Shown one piece after another: positions 35,003-42,988 of a stretch of 64,000 bases of DNA (its first letter is position 1; each line of letters begins with the position of its first letter). The notes beneath the pieces are model-generated. The model was not told where the DNA came from, did not search any database, and worked only from the letters and a program-made list of their open reading frames with translations. Origin of the DNA: Eubacteriales bacterium (GTDB taxonomy: Bacteria; Bacillota; Clostridia; Oscillospirales; CAG-272); the NCBI GenBank assembly GCA_050309735.1, contig JBNRMS010000068.1, positions 24,405-88,404 of the forward strand. Direction: 5' to 3'. The position numbers and the translations under genes were made by a program.

Positions 35003-35025
35003 GGGGATATTTTTCTTATTAAATA

Positions 35026-37824
35026 CTATTGCTCTGCCCGTACAAAGGCTGACAGGGCGGCCGCTATTTTCGAGGCATCTTCGATTACGGATGGGTCGGA
35101 CGAGGTGGCAAGCCCGAGCGCCGAGAAGAGAGCGAGAATTTTTTTGCGATCGCTCTCTATCTGGCGGGGATAGTCGGGCCGGTATTTTATTTTCGAGCGA
35201 AGGCCGAGCGCAGCTTTGACATATTTCCCGGTAGCGCTGTCATATCTCAGAATGCGCTCGACCCCGCCGGTTGCAACCCGATAGGCGGCGGGCTCTATGA
35301 TATTTGTCACCGCGGGCGAGGCTAACTCATAATAAACCTTCACGCCGCTGACCGGCTTTGAAAGTGTCAGATAAATTCCGTTTACGCTGCCGATATTCCC
35401 CGATGCAGAGAGATATACTGTCCCGTTTTTTGCACCCTCAAGCTGCACCACATCGCCGCTCGAACCGCTGACAGTCATAACACCAACGCGACGGCAGAGT
35501 TTGCCGCTATCAAAGTCAAGCGTGTCGCAAATCCCACCAGGCAGGCGGCACATCTCATAATTCTGCGTGAATAACAGGCTCGAATCAAGCTCGTTTGTCT
35601 CGCCTCCGGTGCTGTTAAGTCCTCCGACAATAGCATTTGTCTGCCCCTTTGGGTGATAAACCCCGCCGATAATTTTTTCGATTTCGGCGGCGGGAAGCTC
35701 ATCCATACCCAGATAGGTCAGGTCGTAGACAGCCAGTCTCCGCATACTGATGACCTCCTCGGTCATCGTAAGGTTTACAGTGATTTTCGCACCGGGAGAC
35801 GGAAGGTTTACCACCGTTCCCGAGAAGCCGTATTCTGACAGCTCTGCCGGCTCACTTGAGCCGGGCAGTGTCCAACCGGCTCCCGACACATATGTGAGCA
35901 CATAGCTGCCGCTCGCAGCATTATAGCCGAGCGCTCCGGCAAATTTCACAGGATCAAGCACAGGATTGATAATTCCTATAATCCCGTATGTGGTATAGAT
36001 TGCAGAGGGGGTTCTTCCATATGGAAAGGTAAAATCAATATTTATCTCCGAGTTTGCCCTCAGAGCCTCGTTCGACGTGCTGAACACAACTTCAATCCCA
36101 TAGTTTGTCAAGTTGACAAGTTCCCCGACTCCATCTACCCTCCAACCGTAGTTATAGACAAAACGGTATTTGCCGTTCCACAGAGGAGAGAAGGCAGCGA
36201 TTTTATTAGAGAAAAGCACGGGATTCACCGTCACACTCGAAATATATCCCGAGTGGGAGGCCGCCGCTACAATCTGGCGCTTGTCCCACAGACCGACCGC
36301 CCCTTCTCCGTTAGTAGACGAGGTTATAATGCCCGAGACGCGCTGCCAGTCGTCTGTTGCACATGATTCGATATAATGCACACCTCCTCCGCCCCCGTCT
36401 GCGAAAAGGACGACGCCCGGTGCGGTCGTCGGTTTTTTTATTTCACCCTCAATATAGTATTTGTGTCCTGCGGTAAAAGAGACAGCGCGCATAATTTTTG
36501 CCGGAACGGCCTCGGCCGCCGTCGGCTGGTAGACCTCAATTGTAAAGGAATCAATCTCAAAATCATCCTCATAAACTGTTATTACAACAGCTCCGACTTC
36601 AAGACCTTCTATATCCCACCCTTCCCCGTCATATCTTTCAACAATATCTACTATCCCCGGCACGCTCGCCTCGCAATATTGCAGGCCTGTGTCATAACCG
36701 TCGACCTCGACGACGCCCCCGATTTGAATCAAATAATCGGCGTCTGATTCGACAATTTCCGGCGCGGGGGGAGGATTGAGGGTTATCGAGCCTGTGCCGC
36801 TCCAAACCTCAAATTCCCCTCCCTCGAATGACCAGCCCGAGGCGTCGGCAAAATTTCCGTTGTCAAGCAGCTGAACCACACTCATCCCCTCAAGCTCGAC
36901 AAGCTCAGCCGATGCCAGCTCTATGCCCTCCTCACCCGAGGCGCTGGTCCGCTCAAAGAGGATATCCTCAACCTCAATTTCTCTCACCGGGGACAGGTTG
37001 TCGGCCGCCCCGGCGATAAGATCTGCCGCCCGACCCGAGGCCGGGGCGTAGGTTTCGGCGTGGTTGTGCGAGATTGGCGCATAGGTGCCTGTGTGGTTGT
37101 GGGAAGCAGGTGCATATGCGCCTGTATGACTGTGTGTGAGAGGCGCATATGTACCCGCATGGCTGTGAGAGACCGGCGCATAAGTGCCTGTATGGTTGTG
37201 CAAGACATCGGCCTTGCCCGCCAGCGCAGCATGCACCCCTCCCGATGCCACCGCGCGCCCGCTGCCCGCAGTCGGAGCGGCATCTATTGCCGGCTTGTTT
37301 TTTATGTAATCGAGCGCCCGGCTGTCTGCCTGCGACCAGTCAGACTGCACATTTAACTGAGCACCCGACTCAATGCCCGCAAGCTTTGCTTTTTCCTCGT
37401 TTGTATAATCGTTTGAGGACAAACCCTTTCCCTCAGCGACATTCACCTTTCCGAGAAGAGCCGTCATGATCTGAGAGGCTTGGCTCGGAGTTGGAACAAG
37501 TGCCTCGTTTTCTGTCGGAACGCTCGTGTCAAGCACCCGCACAAGCCCCTCGGCGCTTATCAGCACCCGCTCGCCGCAATAGCCGCTCACCACAAACCTG
37601 CTTGTCCCCCCGACATTCATAACCTCCGCGGGGATGTTGATAGGCTCGCCGCCATATAGAATCGAGACCGCCTCTCCCTCGGGCGGGTAAAAGCTCACGG
37701 TTACCGCAAGCCCTTCCCACTCCTCACTAAGGACAAAATCAAGTTTTTCTATTCCGTAGCTCCCCCGCGTCCCCGCGACAAACCTTGCCGGATTCAAAAC
37801 ATATCTGTCAACTTTAATTATCAT
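35026..37824 (-). CDS. Phage tail-fibre / receptor-binding-protein-like protein (orphan)
   Basis: 932 aa from the ATG at 37824, which lies 8 nt after AAAGG. Tail-fibre motifs GLSSNDYTNEEKAKLAGIESGAQ and DWSQADSRALDYIKNKP are present, along with five 11-aa HxH(T/A)GxYAPxS repeats. CBM-like (LLDNGNFADASGWSFEGGEFEV) and Ig-like segments follow. It has its own extended -10 promoter and its own terminator. Confidence 0.8.
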   Translation of the reverse strand: MIIKVDRYVLNPARFVAGTRGSYGIEKLDFVLSEEWEGLAVTVSFYPPEGEAVSILYGGEPINIPAEVMNVGGTSRFVVSGYCGERVLISAEGLVRVLDTSVPTENEALVPTPSQASQIMTALLGKVNVAEGKGLSSNDYTNEEKAKLAGIESGAQLNVQSDWSQADSRALDYIKNKPAIDAAPTAGSGRAVASGGVHAALAGKADVLHNHTGTYAPVSHSHAGTYAPLTHSHTGAYAPASHNHTGTYAPISHNHAETYAPASGRAADLIAGAADNLSPVREIEVEDILFERTSASGEEGIELASAELVELEGMSVVQLLDNGNFADASGWSFEGGEFEVWSGTGSITLNPPPAPEIVESDADYLIQIGGVVEVDGYDTGLQYCEASVPGIVDIVERYDGEGWDIEGLEVGAVVITVYEDDFEIDSFTIEVYQPTAAEAVPAKIMRAVSFTAGHKYYIEGEIKKPTTAPGVVLFADGGGGGVHYIESCATDDWQRVSGIITSSTNGEGAVGLWDKRQIVAAASHSGYISSVTVNPVLFSNKIAAFSPLWNGKYRFVYNYGWRVDGVGELVNLTNYGIEVVFSTSNEALRANSEINIDFTFPYGRTPSAIYTTYGIIGIINPVLDPVKFAGALGYNAASGSYVLTYVSGAGWTLPGSSEPAELSEYGFSGTVVNLPSPGAKITVNLTMTEEVISMRRLAVYDLTYLGMDELPAAEIEKIIGGVYHPKGQTNAIVGGLNSTGGETNELDSSLLFTQNYEMCRLPGGICDTLDFDSGKLCRRVGVMTVSGSSGDVVQLEGAKNGTVYLSASGNIGSVNGIYLTLSKPVSGVKVYYELASPAVTNIIEPAAYRVATGGVERILRYDSATGKYVKAALGLRSKIKYRPDYPRQIESDRKKILALFSALGLATSSDPSVIEDASKIAAALSAFVRAEQ
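37039..37200 (-). repeat. Five tandem 33-bp (11-aa) HxH repeats inside the tail-fibre-like gene
   Basis: HNHTGTYAPVS / HSHAGTYAPLT / HSHTGAYAPAS / HNHTGTYAPIS / HNHAETYAPAS (residues ~214-267 of the track ORF). Confidence 0.85.
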
Positions 37825-37916
37825 GTCTTTGCCTTTCAAAGGCGCTTTCTGTTATCCCGCGTAAATTATATCAAAGCACCCTCTCTTGTGACTGACATCT
37901 TTATGTCAGCACAACT

Positions 37917-39212
37917 CTACTCTGCTTTTCCTTTTATTATATCGACAAGCGCCGCCGCCGTCAGATATGCGGCTTCCTTTGCCTCGGACAGCGAATTCCC
38001 GCTCGCCCCCACCTCAAGGAGCATCGACAGCGGCGCGTACTGCTGATTATAAGCCGAGCCGCGCAGGTAAACCGGGCGGCAGATATTTGTATGCCTGCTG
38101 TTCAAAAAATTACGAAGCTTGAGGGCAAGCGCGAGATTATTTTGCCAGTTTGGACAATCAACGCCGTTATAGTCGCTTCCGACGACGCACATCACCTGCG
38201 CCGCCGCCCTTCCGTCAACCAGGGTCACCGGTCGTATCAGCGAGCCGGTTGAGGTGGTCAGCGAGTCGCGGTGAACGTCTATCACATACTGTATCGAAGG
38301 GTGCTTTGCAAGGTATTCTCTTATCGTTGCAGCCGAGCGCGAATAGGAATCTTTGTATGACTCAAGGTCGTGCATTATAGTGCAGTGTAATGTTTTAATA
38401 CCGTTTGAATTGAGTGTATCGGCAATAACCGCTCCGACTGCCACCACGTTTTTGGTGATATCATCCGAGCGCGCAAGCTCTGAATCGCTTGAGTACGAAA
38501 TGCTGCCCTCCTCGCTGTATGCCTCGGTGCCGTGTGTGTGAACAATTAAAACTACCGGATTGCCGACCGGATATATGGCGGAATTGAAAAAATCAAAGGC
38601 GGGGATAGCCTCGGAAGATTCGAGCAGAGCGCTTGTCTTCGGCGAGTAGCGTGTATCATTATATATGTAGGTTTCACCGTATGAGATAAGGCTCATGTCT
38701 CTTGGAACTATCGCGATGTGACCAGCCGGAACAAGCGCATAGTCGAAGCTGTATAGCTCGTCGGGGTCGGAATAGATCGGAGCGGAGGGTTGGGTCACGG
38801 GTGAGCCGGTGCCGTCCGGCGTTGTAACTGCCGACGTCTCCCTGCCGAGTGCCTCAAAGAGTTTTTTTAGCATTGCAAGAAAGCCGCCCTCCTCGTCTCC
38901 CCCCGCAATATCCCCGGGAGGTTGAGCGCTGCCATCGGGTGCTGTTTGCGAGGTCTCAGAGCTTGTTCCGCTTGTATTCGGCTCTCCCGTTGTCTCCTCT
39001 CCTCTCGCTCCTCCAAAGGCTCCGACAGGTTGCCCTAACCCGCCCAAAAAACAAAATATTATAAAAATTACCGAAAAAAGAGCAACGCCGAGCGCTATTG
39101 TGCTGAAGAAGGCCGAGCCGCCACGACGAATGCGTGCAGATGCCGTCATCGGTCTGCCGTCGGTCAGCCTTTTTGTCTCTCCGGGGAAGAGGTTTATCCT
39201 TTCTTTTTCCAT
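37917..39212 (-). CDS. spoIIP: Stage II sporulation protein P
   Basis: N-terminal TM helix, a low-complexity linker, then the amidase-like core (VLIVHTHGTEAY...IDVHRD...VGSDYNGVDCPNWQNNLALALKL). It lies directly downstream of gpr, as in Bacillus. I chose the ATG at 39212, which follows GGGGG. Confidence 0.85.
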   Translation of the reverse strand: MEKERINLFPGETKRLTDGRPMTASARIRRGGSAFFSTIALGVALFSVIFIIFCFLGGLGQPVGAFGGARGEETTGEPNTSGTSSETSQTAPDGSAQPPGDIAGGDEEGGFLAMLKKLFEALGRETSAVTTPDGTGSPVTQPSAPIYSDPDELYSFDYALVPAGHIAIVPRDMSLISYGETYIYNDTRYSPKTSALLESSEAIPAFDFFNSAIYPVGNPVVLIVHTHGTEAYSEEGSISYSSDSELARSDDITKNVVAVGAVIADTLNSNGIKTLHCTIMHDLESYKDSYSRSAATIREYLAKHPSIQYVIDVHRDSLTTSTGSLIRPVTLVDGRAAAQVMCVVGSDYNGVDCPNWQNNLALALKLRNFLNSRHTNICRPVYLRGSAYNQQYAPLSMLLEVGASGNSLSEAKEAAYLTAAALVDIIKGKAE

Positions 39213-39467
39213 AGTAACCCCCATGCCGCCAAAATACGGCTTAAATAGATTTTAGAAAATTTGCGCGTTAAGCACCGCCATCAACTCATGAGTCACGCAA
39301 AAGGCAACACAAATCGGTTGTGCCGGGATTTGTGTCGGTACGGGCGGCGCCGATATCGCCGCCATGCTCGCGCCGCGAGGCCTTTGCGCGTTGTATGAAA
39401 GAAATAAATTTCTTTCATACCGGCATCCGCACAAAGATTATTCGATTATATGCTCGGCGCTCGTTTA

Positions 39468-40367
39468 TTATGTCAGATAAAGATCCGAGGTAAATGCCTT
39501 TCCGATTGCGCGCGCAAGGAGGGCTGACACCTTTTTCATTATCACATCACTCTCTTTGGGCGACACAAAAAATCCCCTCCCCTCGTCGAGCACGCGGTGA
39601 AGCTCGTCGCTCACCTGCTCTATTCCGGCCTTTGAAAGTGCGTCGTAAACAAGAGTAGACGAATCGACGACTGTAGGCACGCCGAGAGCCAGCACCGGAG
39701 CGCCGACAGTATCACGGCAGATTGAGCGCCGCATATTACCGATGCCCGAGCCGGGATTTATGCCGCTGTCCGAGAGTTGCACCGTCGTGGCAAGCCGCGA
39801 GACAGCGCGAGCGGCCAGTGCGTCTATCGCTATAACAAGATCTGGCCCGGCATTTTCAGCAGCACCGCGCACAAGCTCAACCGTTTCAATCCCGGTCTGC
39901 CCGAGCACGCCGGGTGCGAGCGCCGAAACCTCGCAAACGCCGAGCCGGTGGTAGACATCGGGGGCGAGCGTGTGCAGATGTCTTGTCACCTCAATGCGCC
40001 TGACTGTCTCGGGGCCTATGGCGTCTGCGGTAATCTCTGCATTTCCCAGACCGACAATAAGAATTCCAAAGTTCTGGTCAAGCTCCTTGCCCGAGATTGA
40101 TTTTGACATGCTCCGCAATTCCTCTGCGATAACCTCGCCAACCTCATCGCACCTGTAGTCGTCCATCTCCCAGATATTTCCGCACGATATTGTCACATAG
40201 CAGCCCTCGGGCTTGCCATAGGCCTCCGCACCCTCGCTGCTTGTAATCTCAAGCCGCGTCACTGAGCAGCCCCGGCTCTCCTCCTCGGAAAGAGAGGCCC
40301 CCCCGCCCTGATATCCGCCGCCGCATTCAACGGCAAGGTCGGAATGTGCATATTCTTTATCTTTCAT
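39468..40367 (-). CDS. gpr: Germination protease (GPR endopeptidase)
   Basis: SDLAVE near the N-terminus, LIVGLGNAEITADAIGP, and IAIDALAAR. The ATG at 40367 lies 7 nt after AAAGGA; the track start is a TTG 6 nt upstream. Confidence 0.85.
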   Translation of the reverse strand: MKDKEYAHSDLAVECGGGYQGGGASLSEEESRGCSVTRLEITSSEGAEAYGKPEGCYVTISCGNIWEMDDYRCDEVGEVIAEELRSMSKSISGKELDQNFGILIVGLGNAEITADAIGPETVRRIEVTRHLHTLAPDVYHRLGVCEVSALAPGVLGQTGIETVELVRGAAENAGPDLVIAIDALAARAVSRLATTVQLSDSGINPGSGIGNMRRSICRDTVGAPVLALGVPTVVDSSTLVYDALSKAGIEQVSDELHRVLDEGRGFFVSPKESDVIMKKVSALLARAIGKAFTSDLYLT

Positions 40368-40532
40368 TTGCAATTCCTTTCAATTTTTTCGAATTTAACA
40401 CTAAACACCATTTAAACATTAAGCTAATAATGGATGCGCCGAGGGGAACTTCCCCAAAGAAGTTCCCCCCCTCAAGAACTTTCAAACATTGGTTTGATTT
40501 AATTTGGAAGCATGCTGCACCGACCACGGCCG

Positions 40533-40610
40533 AGCCCCACATCCCTCTTCGGGGTCGGGGTGAGTCAAGCTGGTGTTAAGCTCAATATTACAATGAGGCA
40601 ATAATATAAG
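40533..40610. repeat. Conserved ~60-nt intergenic element, copy A
   Basis: GGGGTGAGTCAAGCTGGTGTTAAGCTCAATATTACAATGAGGCAATAATATAAG preceded by a GC hairpin. It matches copy B at 52348-52412 at about 46 of 54 positions. Confidence 0.7.
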
Positions 40611-40930
40611 ATTGTTAATTAGTATTGCCAATTCGTCTTGTGTCAAGCCCTGTGCGACATAAAAATTTAAGCTTCTATTGATTTTTTCAAATTTATCATT
40701 TATAATGATGTATGCGGAACCCGACAAACGCGCGGATATCGCCCCGACCGGCTCTTTGGCTGTGTAAATTGCACAGTTATTTTATTTAAATATTGTGCAG
40801 GTAACCGAAACTTCGGTCAGACCTCGGATATTGATTGATAAATAAGCCGTTCAATGATATAATGTACAAAGCTATATTGTCTGTTCCGTTATTGATTTTT
40901 CTTTTTTACATGAGGAGGATGTACCAAATT

Positions 40931-42745
40931 ATGATGAAGCGTTTGCTTTCGCTGCTACTCTGTCTTCTGCTTGCGGTTCCTATGCTTGCCGCCTGCCAGG
41001 ATAAAGATGATGAAGAGGTCGCAGAAGACAAGGGAGCCTATATTAAAATGTACTTGGCCGACCTTGTCTACGACCTCGACCCGGCTTTTTCCCTGAACAA
41101 TAAATCTGTTCAGAAATTCACAAGCCTTACCTTCGCCGGACTTTTTAAGATTAATGAAAAGGGCAAAGTGGTGAAGGATCTAGTCAAAAGCTACAAGATA
41201 ACCGAAAATGAAGAAGTCAAAGAATACAAGATGATTCTAACGCTTCATGAAACATACTGGAGCGACGGCATCCCGGTTGACGCCGCCGACGTTATCTATG
41301 CTTGGAAGCGCATACTTGCGGTTGATAATTCCAACTCGGCAGCCGCCCTCCTGTTCGATATAAAGAACGCCCGCGCGGTTGTTGAGGGCGACTCTTCTAT
41401 CGACGACCTCGGGGTAACCGACCCCGATTCACTTGTTCTTGAGATTACTTTTGAAAGAAAAATCAATTACGATCAGTTCATACTAAACCTCACCAGTCCC
41501 GCACTTGTTCCGCTACGTGAGGATATTGTCGAGAGAAATGAAGACTGGGCTAAAAAACCCGCCACAATAACCTGCTCGGGCCCCTTCACGCTGCGTGGAT
41601 CTAACTATGAGCCGGGCAAGGAATCAATGATACTTGAGCGAAACCCCTACTATTTCCGCGATAAATCTAAGGATAAGCTCGACAAATCTGTAAAGCCCTA
41701 CCGCCTGCTTATTGATTTTTCGCTCAGCGATGAAGAAATCAAGCAGAAATTCGACAACGGCGAGATATTCTATGTCGGAGAAATTCCGCTCTCACTGCGC
41801 GAATATTATGCCGACACAGCCGAGATTGCAGACGAAATGTCTACGCACGTTTATTACTTTAACCAAAATGCCCTGATAGCAAACGGGGGTGAGGGCGAAC
41901 TTCTATTTGCAAACGCGAAGGTGAGAGAGGCTCTCTCGCTCGCCATCGACCGCGAGGCAATCGCAAATTCGATTGTCTTCGCCCGCGCTGCCACAGGACT
42001 TGTGCCTTACGGGGTTTTTGACTCAACATCGCACAAAAAGCTCTTCCGCGAGGTCGGCGGCGCTATTATCGAGACCAGCCCGAACCTTGAGGCCGCAAAA
42101 GCGGCACTCTCCGCCGCAGGCGTAGATCCCTCGAATTACAGCTTCACAGTAGCCGTCAGAAATGAGGATGAGGTTCATGTTCTGATAGCCGAGGCTGTGG
42201 TTGACACATGGCGCTCGCTCGGATTTGAAATTTGGCTTGACAGAATAGAGCCGATTGTAAACGACGACGAGAACAAGGCCACCGCCGAGATTGCCACAGA
42301 TATTATGGATGACATTTTTAATGAGACTCTTCACAAAGGAAACTTTGAGGTTATCGCGCTTGATCTTATCGCCCCCTCGCCCGATGCCTTCTCGATTTTA
42401 GCTCCCTTTGCAAAGGCCTTTGCCGGGCAGGCGATCAATATGACCACACAACTCTATGAAATACTCCCCCACATCACCGGATATGACGACGAGGAATATA
42501 ATGACCTAATGGAGCAGGTTTTTGAAGAAACAGATTATGCTAAGCGCGCAACTCTCTTGCACGAGGCAGAAGAACGCTTAATGTCAACGCTGCCGGTGAT
42601 TCCGATTATCTTCAATCAGGACGCGTATGTGGCGAGCAAAGAACTTACCAAATCTTCATATTCCTCATCCTATTATCAGAACCGTTTGTTTGCCTCTCTG
42701 AAACTCAAGGACTACGAGCGTTATATTGAAACAACGGCTGAATAA
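40931..42745 (+). CDS. ABC transporter substrate-binding lipoprotein, peptide/nickel (family 5) type
   Basis: Signal peptide and lipobox MMKRLLSLLLCLLLAVPMLAAC. It has an OppA/DppA-like size and pattern. The ATG at 40931 follows GAGGAGG. There are no adjacent permease or ATPase genes. Confidence 0.85.
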   Translation: MMKRLLSLLLCLLLAVPMLAACQDKDDEEVAEDKGAYIKMYLADLVYDLDPAFSLNNKSVQKFTSLTFAGLFKINEKGKVVKDLVKSYKITENEEVKEYKMILTLHETYWSDGIPVDAADVIYAWKRILAVDNSNSAAALLFDIKNARAVVEGDSSIDDLGVTDPDSLVLEITFERKINYDQFILNLTSPALVPLREDIVERNEDWAKKPATITCSGPFTLRGSNYEPGKESMILERNPYYFRDKSKDKLDKSVKPYRLLIDFSLSDEEIKQKFDNGEIFYVGEIPLSLREYYADTAEIADEMSTHVYYFNQNALIANGGEGELLFANAKVREALSLAIDREAIANSIVFARAATGLVPYGVFDSTSHKKLFREVGGAIIETSPNLEAAKAALSAAGVDPSNYSFTVAVRNEDEVHVLIAEAVVDTWRSLGFEIWLDRIEPIVNDDENKATAEIATDIMDDIFNETLHKGNFEVIALDLIAPSPDAFSILAPFAKAFAGQAINMTTQLYEILPHITGYDDEEYNDLMEQVFEETDYAKRATLLHEAEERLMSTLPVIPIIFNQDAYVASKELTKSSYSSSYYQNRLFASLKLKDYERYIETTAE

Positions 42746-42886
42746 CTATATTATATCTTTTAAGATTTAAATGAATTAGAGCGCCGGATTTATTTGCTGG
42801 CGCTTTAATTCTCACCAGAAATAGTGCATAATCCACAAATTTTATTATAATATTATATTGAATTTGCCGTTATTTTATTTCCCTCC

Positions 42887-42915
42887 TTGACAGTTGGCTA
42901 ACCTAATGCTATACT
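42887..42915 (+). promoter_or_regulatory. Sigma-A promoter of the second substrate-binding protein gene
   Basis: TTGACA-17 nt-TATACT. Confidence 0.6.
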
Positions 42916-42988
42916 TTTCGTAATAATCATCAATGATGAACCAATGATGAATCTCATACAAAACCTAAACACGGGAAAGGATTAAAAC

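Noticed and set aside
34000-40373. Prophage or prophage remnant around the tail-fibre-like gene
   Set aside because: The neighbours are spoIIP, gpr and a sugar-phosphate isomerase. There are no capsid, portal, terminase, tape-measure, holin/lysin or integrase genes and no flanking direct repeats. I report the gene as an orphan instead.
40482-40727. 81-aa minus-strand ORF containing GLTQDELA, reminiscent of an XRE-type HTH
   Set aside because: It has a TTG start without an SD and lies in an AT-rich spacer. Its C-terminal half is simply the translation of the conserved non-coding repeat and GC hairpin. Copy B of the repeat has stops in all minus-strand frames.
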